A DNA stretch of 64,000 nt from an uncultured Methanosarcinaceae archaeon. Its GTDB lineage: Archaea > Halobacteriota > Methanosarcinia > Methanosarcinales > Methanosarcinaceae. Location of the stretch: NCBI GenBank assembly GCA_963833425.1, contig CAWHXP010000013.1, forward strand, positions 178,695 to 242,694. The letters run 5' to 3'. Both the position numbers and the translations under genes were made by a program. Shown piece by piece: positions 46,187-58,109 of the stretch. How positions within the stretch are numbered: the first letter of the stretch is position 1; each line of letters opens with the position of its first letter. Below the pieces are notes generated by a model. The model worked only from the letters and a program-made list of their open reading frames with translations. It made no database searches and was not told the DNA's origin.

Positions 46187-47023
46187 ACAATTTCGATAAA
46201 TTTCTATGCATTTAAGTATTGGAGAGTTCAAATTTCTTAATATTAATTTTTACTGATGAAAATTTCTACTGATTTTGTTCCGAAGTATCCTTTATATCTG
46301 TAAACTACTTCATTTTTTTCTTAGAAATTTACCTACGAATCATAGGCGATAAAGTCACTTTTTTTTGAATATTCTGATTAGCTATGATCATTTTCCATTA
46401 ATGCTATGAAGTTTATATCAAAGATGATTTATTACCATTTTTTTGTTCAGGTCTAGTCCCTGATGCTCTTTGTTTTTGCTTCATTTTCTCTAGGTTTATC
46501 AAATTTTACATGTACATAATCTAAATGTATAAAAATAGTAACCTAAGTCATTTCCATTTTTTTGTTTTCAAAACCAAGGCAATTGAGTTGGCTTTGTAAC
46601 TGTCCCCATATTCCATCTTTTTTGCGATTATCAATATTTTTTCTGAATGACCAACCTGTGTACTGTCGACATACGCTCAAAAACAAAGAAATTTCAGAAA
46701 CAACTTAAATCAATACATTATTTCTAAAGTTCAAAGTTAGAAAGATCATAATTTGCTGGAAAACAAGCATTTTAAAAAAATAATTCCTTTAGCTTCAGGT
46801 CTACTTCATAGACTGTTTTATTAAAATATATGGACTCATAAATGATACAAAAGACTTCCAGTCAATTAAAAAGAATAAATTTCAACAAATTTATCTCCAA
46901 TTGACTGAAGATATTTTTAGTTATCTTTAATTGTGAAATAATTAAAAGTTTTCATGAGTAAAAATTAATGTTAAGAGATTTAAACTTCCCAATAATCAAA
47001 TGCATGAAATTTATCTAATCCTC
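46187..47023 (-). mobile_element. Old degenerate IS5-family copy
   Basis: Both ends present (GAGGATTAGATAAAT, TTTATCGAAATTG); minus-strand fragments MKTFNYF, LIDWKSF and IWGQLQSQLN. Confidence 0.8.
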
Positions 47024-47286
47024 TATTTATAATGGATCCTATTGTGATCTCTGCATTAATGTTGAAATTATTTAGGTATGGTGGGTTACAGGGTTTTTGT
47101 CCCTGGGATGAAGATCGGCATTATTATGGGATAAAAAATGAGTGTGCCCTAATTTTTTGGAATTTGATATAGAGAGTCTCAAGGTTACTATTTACCACAA
47201 TTTATGAGCATAACAAAAGCTAAAAGCTAGGTACAAACTAAAAAAATTGAAACTTACCTAAATACAGTTTGCCCTCCGGTAAATTA

Positions 47287-47484
47287 TTATAATTTAAGAG
47301 ACGGCCTAAATATTTCTGAACAATATTTGTCAAAGATATGATCTTCAATTTGCTCACAAATTTTAGTATAATCTTTAGATTTGGGGTCGTGCTTGTTCAT
47401 TGTTTTTTTGACTTCAGCGTTCATTTTATCAAGAGTTTTCTGGTCGAAACCTTCTGTATTATCCATAGTAAACATAAAAATCAT
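47287..47484 (-). CDS. Small hypothetical protein
   Basis: Intact 65-aa ORF with protein-like composition (FTMDNTEGFDQKTLDKMN); AAGGT upstream. Confidence 0.55.
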   Translation of the reverse strand: MIFMFTMDNTEGFDQKTLDKMNAEVKKTMNKHDPKSKDYTKICEQIEDHIFDKYCSEIFRPSLKL

Positions 47485-47559
47485 GCTCTGTAGCTACCTT
47501 ATCTCGTACTTAAATACTTAATTGATTAATTTATATAATCGAATGTTTGTACTAGCTTG

Positions 47560-48109
47560 TTTATATATTAATTTGAATATTAGACCAGATCTTTATGAAC
47601 ACTATAAGGACCCAGAATCTCAAAAATCTAATATGTTAACTTTTCGAAAGCTTGTCATTTATAAGCAACCGATAATTCAAACATACTTCGTTCAGTAGTT
47701 ATCCCATCGGTTCCTAAACAATTCATCAAATCAAGAATTAGATATAAATCTATTTAAGATGATGAAATCGCCGATTATGACACAAAAAGTGATCTTACGC
47801 TTTCTATATATATAAAGTAATTTTACGTTTTCTATACATATAATTAGGTTACTGCTTGCATCCTTTATATTATATAGTACCGTTGATATAATAACTTTAC
47901 CTTATGAAACAAATTATAACTATCAAAAAGTTCTTAATCTTTTATTTCATGCTTCAATGTTTTCTAATAATCCTACAGAAACTGCGATCAGCGATTCAGA
48001 GTCAAAAATATCACAAATAAAAATTTCATAAGATTATGCCATCTTTTAATTATATTGATCACTATTTTACTGATAAAAATTCGTTCTTCATTCGGGAAAA
48101 ATGAACTGT
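47560..48109 (-). repeat. Right copy of the long inverted repeat; probable internally deleted DDE-type IS
   Basis: Ends TTCTTCATTCGGGAAAAATGAACTGT; inner part reads LFRNRW, like the YxxRWxIE helix of DDE transposases. Confidence 0.75.
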
Positions 48110-48428
48110 GAAAGTGTTAAGATGATGGATCTTTCATGTTCAAGAAATGCAATTTACTGTCATGATATTTCATATTATGGAAGGAGAGAAAATCAATATA
48201 TTCGGGGATTGAAACAGAAGAATAAGCTACTGGGAAATATTCGTTCTGCACTTGAGATATAGCTTAAAGCTATGAAGATAGAACTTGATATGTTTACATT
48301 AATTGGTTAAGCAAAAAATATTCACTCCTTATGAAATACTTACTTGAGATGATGGCCACAAGTTATATTGAAAAACCTAAATGCTAAGCGAGTTGAGACC
48401 TTTTTAGAATTGAAAAACTGAAACTTTA

Positions 48429-49130
48429 GAGAATTTCGATAAACTCCATTCTCTTGAGCATTGTTGACTTTAAATTTGTCAATATTTATGTATATTCATG
48501 AAAACTCTTATTGATTTTGCTCTTAAAGAAGAGTATAAACGTCTTGAATCTGTTGGAGATAAGCTTGCTGAAATTGCTTCCTTAATTGATTGGAAAACGT
48601 TTCGTATTATTCTTGAGTCTATGTATATTAACAAAACTGTTTCAGGAGGGAGACCTGAAACTGATGTTATTGTGATGTTCAAAATGCTTGTTTTACAATA
48701 ATGGCACAGGCTCTCTGATTTTGAACTTGAGAAACAGTGTAATAGATCGAATTTCTTTTAGGAAATTCCTTGGATTTCCAGAATACATATCTGGCAGTAC
48801 TATTGTATGGCTATTTAGGGAGAGAATTATCGAGAATTTCAAAGAAAATATGGGGAAAGTTGCAAAGCCAACTTGATGCTCTGGGTTTACAGATAAAGCA
48901 GGGAATGATTCAGGATGCTACTTTTATCTATTCAGATCCAGGACATGCAAAAGCAGATAAACCTTGAGGAGATGAGGCAAAAAAAAGTATATTGAAGATA
49001 GCGGAAGTTATCTTTAAAATCAAAGAATTGAGAATAAGTAAAGCCAAAAAGAGGATTAAATAGAGAAATTGAGGGGAAGATATGAGAAATTCCTGCTAAG
49101 AAATAAAATCCGAAGTTTATCGAAATCCTC
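48429..49130 (+). mobile_element. IS5-family element, internally deleted, with TTTA target-site duplication
   Basis: Terminal repeats GAGAATTTCGATAAAC / GTTTATCGAAATCCTC; TTTA on both sides; stops, frameshifts and a deletion joined in an A-tract near 48980. Confidence 0.93.
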
Positions 49131-50079
49131 TTTAATCAATCACAGTTAATTAGGGAGATGTCAGCTATTGGAAAAAATCTAAAAGCAAATATTTCTTTTA
49201 GTTTTCTCGCACTAAAAATGTTAACTATGACATAAATATCAAGAAGTATAATGGAAAAATTTAGCTATTCTTCAGCTTTTCGAGTATACTCTGGTCCATA
49301 AATAAATCTCTATCTGCATTAAGTGAATTAGATTTATAAGGTATCCAATTTTGGAGTTTTATGAGTTCTCTCTTTGAGTCGTTTACTCTAAACTTTCTTT
49401 TTAAATTCTAGTTCCAGTCTTTAATCTCCAAATTTTTAACCAACCATTTTATCTCAATTTTTAAGAATGTTTTCTACTATTGAGTCGATATGAGACAGAC
49501 AATTTTAAAATATCCAGGTATCTATATTATTTTGAGGAAGGTATCAAAAAACATAAATGCCAGTATATTTCTCAATGTTTACCTGAAGTAATTTCACATA
49601 TATTGTTCTTATTTTGAGCTCTGTAAAGAGTCTTCTAATTTATATAATCACTCATTTGTTTGTGAACTACCTAGAGATCTTGATGTCTTTTTAACCAATT
49701 TGATTCCTTTAGTTTGATTTTCGCAGAATAGGGGAACGCATATTATATCGAAATTGCTATATACAAATAAATAGCTTATTGTAACTAATAAGAATAGGTT
49801 TAGGAACTCAACAAATCGGAACTGCTGTATCATGATGTCATAAGGAGAGGTATATTATTGATAGAATATTACTAATATATTGATATCTGAGTTCTGATAC
49901 AGATCGATGGATAAGTACCTTAGAATGCCCTAATGGAAATTATTTAGAATCGATTTTTTGCAAATCTAAGATAAGGCAGGACTTTTACAATTGAATATCC
50001 AAATCGGTTAATAGGGTTAATTTTATTAGCTTTTCGGATCACTATAGACGTATAGAAAAGCTTACGAGTTGATAACAAA

Positions 50080-51198
50080 GTGCGACCTGTCTCACAAAGA
50101 GTGAACGCAAAAAAGAATCATGAAAGTAATCCCAAATTTGAAAAATATACCTCTGAGCTTCTGATCCTCAAGCCTGAAGGTTATCCCTTAAGCGGCATGA
50201 TGGAAGAATATCCTGTAATTGAAAATAAGGATGTTTTTGAATATTATGCTCGAGAACAGTGGAATGGGCATATTGCTCGTAAGGGAGATTATCTTTTTGA
50301 CCGACGAATGTTTCCAGATTTTGCTTACCGAATTATAGAAGTGGAACCTGCAGAATCAATAATCGGAAATTCAACCTCTATTATTGTAACTGAAGAAAAA
50401 AATGGCTTTCCTTCCAAGTTGGAGATAAAGGGTAGCATTAAATTTGAAGATGTAATTGGACAGGACCTTGCAAAGCAGAAGTGTAGGCTGATAGAACGTT
50501 TTCTGGAAGATCCAGAACGTTTTGGAAAATGGGCTCCAAGAAACATCCTTTTTTTTGGACCCTCAGGAACCGGAAAAACCATGCTTGCAAAAGCTCTTGC
50601 AAACAAGACCGATGTGCTCATCATCCCTGTCAAAGCTACCCAGCTTATTGGAGAATATGTAGGAGATGGAGCCCGCCAGATTCATCAGCTTTATGACCGG
50701 GCAGAAGAGATGGCTCCTTGTATAATATTCATAGATGAACTTGATGCTATAGCTCTGGACAGAAAATTCCAGGAATTAAGAGGGGATGTAAGTGAAATTG
50801 TAAACGCTCTTCTAACAGAGATGGACGGTATTATGGAACGCGAGGGGGTATGTACAATTTGTTCCACAAACAGGATTCACACACTTGACTCTGCTGTAAG
50901 AAGTAGGTTCGAAGAAGAAATCGAATTTGTTCTCCCAGGGGAAGAAGAAGCCCTTCGAATATTCGAATCAAATATGAAGACCTTCCCCTTGCAGGTAGAA
51001 AATTGTAATTTCCAGGCCCTTGCGAAAAAAACAAAAGGACTTTCAGGCAGGGATCTTGTAGAAAAGGTCTTGAAATCAGCTCTACATCAGGCAATTATTG
51101 AAGACAGGGAGATAGTAACATGCAAGGATTTCGAAAATGTCCTTGCAAAACTTGGAAAAAAAGAATTTCCGAAGGATCTATCTGAACTCTATGTTTAA
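50080..51198 (+). CDS. AAA ATPase of the AMA (Archaeoglobus/methanogen) family
   Basis: N-domain GYPL motif, Walker A GPSGTGKT, Walker B IFIDE and second region of homology LDSAVRSRF. Confidence 0.88.
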   Translation: MRPVSQRVNAKKNHESNPKFEKYTSELLILKPEGYPLSGMMEEYPVIENKDVFEYYAREQWNGHIARKGDYLFDRRMFPDFAYRIIEVEPAESIIGNSTSIIVTEEKNGFPSKLEIKGSIKFEDVIGQDLAKQKCRLIERFLEDPERFGKWAPRNILFFGPSGTGKTMLAKALANKTDVLIIPVKATQLIGEYVGDGARQIHQLYDRAEEMAPCIIFIDELDAIALDRKFQELRGDVSEIVNALLTEMDGIMEREGVCTICSTNRIHTLDSAVRSRFEEEIEFVLPGEEEALRIFESNMKTFPLQVENCNFQALAKKTKGLSGRDLVEKVLKSALHQAIIEDREIVTCKDFENVLAKLGKKEFPKDLSELYV

Positions 51199-51309
51199 AC
51201 TGCCAAAATATGACAGTGGGTAGATTTTTCCTGCATAATAACAACTCTAAAGAAATTATAATAAAGGAAATCACACATCTTGAGAATCAAATTGCATAAA
51301 ATACACAAA

Positions 51310-51396
51310 GACGATTTCGATGAACTCTAGTATTTTGTCATGTGCTATAAATTATATATAGCTAACTTGTGAAAATTATAGGTTTATGAAATTCTC
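51310..51396. mobile_element. MITE-like element copy 7 (reverse orientation)
   Basis: GACGATTTCGATGAACT ... TGTGAAAATTATAGGTTTATGAAATTCTC. Confidence 0.65.
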
Positions 51397-51591
51397 TAAA
51401 ATTTAATTTTTATTTTATAAAAAATCTGCTATACCACTAAGAATATATTATAACATTTTTAAAGTATACCATTTTTGAAGCACTATTATTTTTGATCGTA
51501 TCGGTGGATTATTAATCATTTCAGTCGAATAACCAGTTAATTGCTGCTGGGATGAAAACTTTCATAAAAATTATCAACTAATGAATTTATA

Positions 51592-52724
51592 GAGAATTTC
51601 GATAACCTCCATGCTCTTGAGCATGGTTGACTTTAAATTTGTCAATATTTATGTATATTCATGAAAACTCTTACTGATTTTACTCTTAAAGAAGAGTATA
51701 AACGTCTTTAATCTGTTGGAGATAAGCTTGCTGAAATTGCTTCCTTAATTGATTGGAAAGCGTTTCGTATTATTCTTGAGTCTATGTATATCAACAAAAC
51801 CGTTTCAAGAGGGAGACCTGAAACTGATGTCATTGTGATGTTCAAAATGCTTGTTTTACAACAATGGCATGGGCTCTCTGATTTTGAACTTGAGAAACAT
51901 TGTATAGATCGAATTTCTTTTAGGAAATTCCTTGGATTTCCTGAATACATATCTGGCAGTACTATTGTATGGCTATTTAGGGAGAGAATTATCGAGCATT
52001 TCAAAGAAAATATAGGGAAAGTTGCAAAGCCAACTTGGTGCTCTGGGTTTACAGATAAAGCAGGGAATGATTCAGGATGCTACTTTTATCCTTTCAGATC
52101 CAGGACATGCAAAAGCAGAGAGATGAGGCAAAAACAAGAAGAAGCAGAGACGGAGCATGGACAAAGAAGGGAGGTAAGTCTCACTTTGGATATAAGCTTT
52201 ATAATATAATAGACAGAGATTATGAGCTGATCAGAAGATTCAAAACAACAACTGCGTCAGTACATGATTCGTATGTAGATGTGAAAGAGGAAAATGAAGT
52301 GGTTTGATAGGGACAGAGGATACTTTGGAGCAAAAACGAAGGGGTATAATGCAACAATGAAAAGAGCGGTCAAAGGACATACGCTGGGAATAAAGGATAT
52401 ATTAAGAAATAAGGGAATTGGCTCAAAAAGAGACCAAGGGAAAAGAGTTTATTCAGTAACGAAAGAAATTTTCAAAGCAGGAAGAATTTTTGTTACTACT
52501 GTTAAAAGAGTAAATCTAAAAATGTTGTGTACGGCTTTTTGTTATAATCTTCATCAATTGAGGAAATTGAAAATAAAAAAAGTATATTGAAGATGGCGGG
52601 AGCTATCTTCAAAATCAAAGAATTGAGAATAAGTAAAGCCAAAAAGAGGAATTAATAGAGAAATTGAGTGGAAGATATGAGAAATTACTGCTAAGAAATA
52701 AATCCGAAGTTTATCGAAATCCTC
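51592..52724 (+). mobile_element. Near full-length IS5-family element with broken transposase and TATA target-site duplication
   Basis: Same terminal repeats as 48429-49130; TATA on both sides; GRPETD, KSHFGYKL, ASVHD and DRGY motifs spread over three frames. Confidence 0.93.
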
Positions 52725-52746
52725 TATAGAAAAAGGAAATAAATGA

Positions 52747-53700
52747 ATGCAAAATAAAAAAAAGTTGTATTCGATAGCTTTAGTTTCAGCGGTCATGATT
52801 TTAACATTGGTAAGTATTGCAGGAGCAGCACCTTTTGCATATATTACAAATAGTGAAGACAACACTGTTTATGTAATTGACACAGCAACTAATACCGTTA
52901 CAGCTACAGTGACTGGATTATACTATCCTTGGGGAGTTGCAGTCACCCCGGATGGAACAAAGGTATATGTGGCAAACAGTGGCAGTAGCTATGTCCCTGT
53001 AATTAACACAACTACAAACACCGTTAAAGCCACTGTTAATGTAGGAAACAGTCCTATTGGAGTTGCAGCAACACTGGATGGAAAGAATGTATACGTAACT
53101 AACAATGGCAAAAACACCGTTTCTGTAATTGTCACAGCTACAAACACTGTTACAGCCACTGTAAATGTAGGAAACGCTCCTATTGGAGTTGCCGTAACAC
53201 CGGATGGAAAGAATGTGTATTGGTGAATATCAATGACGGCACTGTTTATGTAATTGACACAGCAACAAACACTGTTGCAGCTAGCGTGCCAGTAGAATCT
53301 TTTCCTGTTGCTTTAGGACAGTTTAGAGATCCAAGTGTAACAATATTAGCTATACAGAATACCGCAGGTGCAGAGAGATCCGCAGGCGCAGAGAGATTTG
53401 GAGATATAACATTGAAAACCGACTCCTGTACTGGTTTTGTAGATTTCTTAAAATTCCCAAAAAGTAGCAAATCCAATAACTTATATCGCTGAAGGGCAGC
53501 TATAACATACACCTACAATGTAATTAACACAGGAATGCGCCTATCACAGAACCAATAACTATCACAGCTAACAAGATACCTGGTCAAGATACCTGGGTGT
53601 CAAATAACGATCGGTACCTTTGGCAGTGTGCTTCCACCTGATCAAAGTGTTACAAGAAGTGCTAGCCACCTAGTAACATCGCAAGACATTTATTATGGTT
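52747..53700 (+). pseudogene. Frameshifted YVTN beta-propeller surface protein
   Basis: Signal peptide, AAPFAYITN and GVAVTPDG..VYV repeats; frameshift near 53220; degraded C-terminal domain (ITYTYNVINTG). Confidence 0.85.
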
Positions 53701-55480
53701 TTAATTTCAATTCCTAGTTTGCTACATGTTCATTTAATAACAAAAAAGTAACTTCAAACACAGATAAAGCAATAGCTAAATTTTTTGGACCTACCATGAA
53801 TCTATATTCAAGTTAAAAAAAATAGTTGAATTAGGAGCTGATATTAAGTCGGAAAAGAGTGCAAAAAGGCCTATATAATAAATCTCTAGCACAGAATTCT
53901 AGACTTGTTTAGACTAGAGATAGCCCTTATATAGCTTACATTTTTTTAAGAAAATTTTTAGAAACATGAATAATTTCGCAGTGTGCATAAAGTTCTGCAA
54001 ATTATGATTGACTCCATAGCTTTTCGTTGTCACAAAAAGGGATTTATTGTATTTACTAATGCATAGATTTTATAGCAAAAAATGTCCATAAGTGAATAAT
54101 TATAAAAAAAATAAAAAACTTAAGCATATTGTCTAAAAATTGAATTATTCTAAAAATTTTGTAGCGAACAGACGTTTTTTAAATTCTTATTTCCCCGTGG
54201 AAAATTTTAAACACTTTAAAAGCACAAGACACTTAAGCATAAATAAATATAACAAGGAACTTCTAACAAGTATGTTATTGAATCTCATACGTTATATAAC
54301 CGCGGAAATCTTCGTGGCAAATTCCTTAAGTTTATCAGTCATTTGAAAATATCCTGAATCAAGGCTAGACAATGACTAATATAAAAGAAAATATTAAGAA
54401 CTTCAAGCTGCCTAATTTGCCTGTTATTAAATGGCTGCGAATTCTTATCATTTTCTTAGTCGGCATTTTATGCTTGTCGTTAAGTAGACAAATCGTGAAC
54501 CATGAAACACTCGCGCAAATTTCTGTCTTTCTTGTTTCTACTGATGCTTAGTTTTTCTTAAAATATATTCCTCAGTGAAAGCAATTGAAACATAATATCT
54601 GCCAATAGAACTATTGACTCTAATTTCTATTTTTATGATGAAATAAAATTATACCGGATCAATCAAAATTTATAGATATTTAGGGATATAGGATAACAGA
54701 CAGCTAATTTAAAAAAATTAATTTGTAGGTAATTAGCGGTAGGTAAACCTATATGTAAATCACTTGCCGATAAATTTTATCGCTTTTCAATCCTATCAGG
54801 CCATATTCTTGCTATTAAACTGCTTTTTCTGGAATTTAAAGCTCAACTATACTTTATTAGTTCTTCAAATCAGTACCAACTTACCTATATTTGTCAAAAT
54901 TAATTCCTAAATAATTATAAATAATAAGTATAAATTGACAAATACATCTCAAAATTAATTCAATTTATTCAGTAAAAGTACCAAACAATATTGAATTAAA
55001 TAGATTAATGCCACTAAAATACCAGTAATTATCTATAAATTACCAAATAAATATTGAATAAATCCACTATTAACTGTTTTTTTAAATAACCTTGTGTAAA
55101 CATAGTTACCTATAAAATAGTGATTTATTTAATTAAACTTAAACTAAAAAAATATAAATTGTGTGCCAAATTATCGGCAAATAACGTATAGAAGTCTTTG
55201 CGATGCACTCCTAAAACAAGTTAAAAAATTTAAATAGCCTTTACTATAGAAAAGATAATAATTGAAGGTTTATTAAGTTCCCAGCTCCAAACACATTCCC
55301 CTTAAAAAAGGAAAGAGAAATGATAATCCTAACAACGATATCATGGATTTTAAATGTTTCGTTCATGATATGAATATTATATATTCTTAGGGAATTATTT
55401 TATTAAAAATATTTTTAATACTTGAGATGCCTAAAGCTAACAAAATTTCTTTCTTATTTTAACCGATACATAGGTTTTAT

Positions 55481-55630
55481 GGTTCCGTTGCAAAAAACTG
55501 AACATTTTACAAAACCGTTGAAAACCTTCACAATAAGGAGATTTGAGTGATCAAAGTTGGATTAAAATAGCATTTAAAGGAGAAAAATAATGGCCTCAAA
55601 GTACAGAAAAATTATTTTTGCAACAGAACC
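55481..55630. mobile_element. 150-bp non-autonomous element with IS6-type terminal repeats
   Basis: GGTTCCGTTGCAAAAA ... TTTTTGCAACAGAACC, matching the IS6 at 28200; no ORF. Confidence 0.88.
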
Positions 55631-55792
55631 GATCGAATAATACGACTAAATGAGTATGTGTATGCTGGAAGAAAACTGGTTGATAAATACGAAGTTAAAC
55701 TATTATTAAGAAATAGAATGATGTGGAAGTTGATGGCTATATACCAACATTTAAATGACTGAAATTAGCTTTCTCCATCCCTAAATCCGAAT

Positions 55793-57328
55793 TCAATCTT
55801 CCCTCTTCATCTGAGGGAAGAGAATTACTTCCTTAATGGATTCAAGACCTGTAAGGATCATAGTAAGTCGATCGATTCCGAGTCCGATACCTCCAGTTGG
55901 GGGTAAGCCATATCCAAGTGCATTTATAAAATCATAATCTATTGTCTGAGCTTCCAGGTCTCCAAGCTTCCTTTTTTTTTCCTGTTCTTCGAACCTCGTC
56001 TCCTGCTCGAGAGGGTCATTTAATTCTGAATAACCATTTGCCATTTCCCAGCCATTTATGAAGAGTTCAAATCTCTCGACAAAACCTATTTTTTCCCTGT
56101 GATTTTTGGCTAGAGGTGAGTTTTCCACTGGAAAATCGTATATGAAAGTCGGATTTATTAATTTATTTTCTACCAAGCTTTCAAAGAAAAGGGAAAGGAA
56201 CTCTCCATGGGTTTTTGCTTTTTCGTAACCTTCTATCCTGTTTTCGAGTGCAATTTTTTTAAGTTTTTCAAGAGAGTGGACAAATATATCAAGCCCAGAA
56301 TATTCTTTTAAGGCTTCTTCCATGGAAAACCTTTTCCAGGGAGGACAGAGATTGATCGTTTTTTCCCCCATTTTTATTTCATAGCTACCATTCAGGTTTA
56401 ACACAAGTTCAGAGATCAAACTTTCGGTTATATCCATCATGTCATTGTAGTCACTATAAGCCTCGTAGATTTCTATCATCGTGAATTCAGGATTGTGGGT
56501 TGTGTCTATATCTTCATTTCTGAAATTTTTGCATATTTCAAAAACCTTTTCGTATCCTCCAACAATAAGCCTCTTGAGATATAGTTCAGGAGCGATTCTT
56601 AAGAATAGGTTCTGCCCGAGATAGTTATGGTAAGTCGTGAAAGGCCTCGCATTTGCTCCCCCATATACGGCTTGGAGCACAGGGGTTTCAAATTCTAGAA
56701 ATCTTTTTTCTATAAGGAATCTTCTGATCTCAGATATGAGTTTGCTCCTCATGATGAAAATATCTCTTTTTTCAAAATTAAATATCAAATCAAGGTACCT
56801 CTTCCTGTATCTCGTCTCGACATCTTTTAAACCATGGAATTTTTCAGGAATTGCGCAAAGGGATTTTGAAAGCAGGGAGAACTTAGACACGTTGATAGAG
56901 TTTTCCCCTCTTTTCGTCCTGAAAAGTTTGCCTTGAATTCCTATGATATCTCCCGAATCCACAAGGTTTTTGAAAATCTCGAAATCCTCGTCTGGAAGGT
57001 TTCCTTTCCTGAAAAGAATCTGAATCCTGCCAGCTTGATCTCCAAGATCGGCAAATATCATTTTACCATGCTTACGGATATTATAAAGTCTCCCTGCGGT
57101 TCTTACAGTTAAACTCTCATTCATTTCATACTCTTCGAACTTTTTCAGTATGCAACATATATCGTCGCTCTTCTCAAACTTGTAAGGATAAGGATTGAGT
57201 CCCTGAGTTCTTATACAATTCAATTTTGCAATTTTAGAGTCATCAAAAATCCTTTTATCTGATATCCCAGTATTATCAGACTGGGAAACTTCATCCGACA
57301 ATTCTTTATTGTTAATTCCCATGCTCAT
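55793..57328 (-). CDS. lysS: Lysyl-tRNA synthetase, class II
   Basis: OB-fold N-domain, GGANARPF, LRIAPELYLKRL, FRNE, HNPEFT and YGLPPTGGIGLGIDRL. Confidence 0.97.
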   Translation of the reverse strand: MSMGINNKELSDEVSQSDNTGISDKRIFDDSKIAKLNCIRTQGLNPYPYKFEKSDDICCILKKFEEYEMNESLTVRTAGRLYNIRKHGKMIFADLGDQAGRIQILFRKGNLPDEDFEIFKNLVDSGDIIGIQGKLFRTKRGENSINVSKFSLLSKSLCAIPEKFHGLKDVETRYRKRYLDLIFNFEKRDIFIMRSKLISEIRRFLIEKRFLEFETPVLQAVYGGANARPFTTYHNYLGQNLFLRIAPELYLKRLIVGGYEKVFEICKNFRNEDIDTTHNPEFTMIEIYEAYSDYNDMMDITESLISELVLNLNGSYEIKMGEKTINLCPPWKRFSMEEALKEYSGLDIFVHSLEKLKKIALENRIEGYEKAKTHGEFLSLFFESLVENKLINPTFIYDFPVENSPLAKNHREKIGFVERFELFINGWEMANGYSELNDPLEQETRFEEQEKKRKLGDLEAQTIDYDFINALGYGLPPTGGIGLGIDRLTMILTGLESIKEVILFPQMKRED

Positions 57329-57845
57329 CGAATCAGTACATCCTGTTCAATTGATACAAATAATGAATAGATAATCAATCTGTCAGTAATCAATTAGTAA
57401 ATTGATCAGCAATCGAGTGTTAGTTAGTTGGTAAGCCGACTACAAATTAATCAGCAATTAGTGTAAGTCAGCCATAGTACTCACTGGTGAACAAAGCCCT
57501 TCTAAGAGTTTGAATTCTACGTTCATTTCTTAGGCTGATGCTAGAAGTTTAAATTATAAGAATAATAATTGTCTATTCTCTGAATTTAACATTTATTTTT
57601 TCCATACACCCATGCATTTTATATAAACTTTGAGAAAAATGATCGATGAAATTGGCATTGCTGACATAGAAAGATTGTTCTCATAGATCTTTTTGCAAAG
57701 AAAACTCTTTGTTTATCACTTATATAGACTTGTGATCTCTCCGTTAAATAAAAATTGATTTTAAATTTTGTCAGATGGTCTGATTTCTCGATTTTGCTAT
57801 CCAGTTTATCAATACGAGTGCCACTGAGGGAGTCAAGTGATTAAA

Positions 57846-57946
57846 GAAGATTTCGATAAACTCCTACATTTCGTCAGATATTTATCAATAGTATATAAAT
57901 AATCCTAAATAATCCGTGTAAATCAGATGTTTATCAAAATTTTCTC
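57846..57946. mobile_element. MITE-like element copy 8 (reverse orientation)
   Basis: GAAGATTTCGATAAACTCC ... AAATCAGATGTTTATCAAAATTTTCTC. Confidence 0.7.
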
Positions 57947-58109
57947 AAGACTTCCAAATTTACATTTTCAGGAATTCCTTTTCAAGTATTGAAGCAGGAT
58001 TTCCATTTCTTTAAATTTGGAGAAGATAATCTTGCAACCCACTTTTTAGAACCAAATTCACACAAAAGTTGCGAATATTTTTGTTTGAAGAGACTTATCA
58101 TGGATCTAC

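Noticed and set aside
54762..55181. Imperfect inverted repeat TTGCCGATAA(A)TTT flanking a 420-bp AT-rich tract with TACCAAA..AATATTGAAT repeats
   Set aside because: Short, imperfect and single-copy in AT-rich DNA; no cdc6 gene or ORB boxes to suggest an origin
57340..57490. Riboswitch or T-box upstream of lysS
   Set aside because: Only degenerate short direct repeats (ATCAGCAAT..AGTGT); no recognisable conserved motifs
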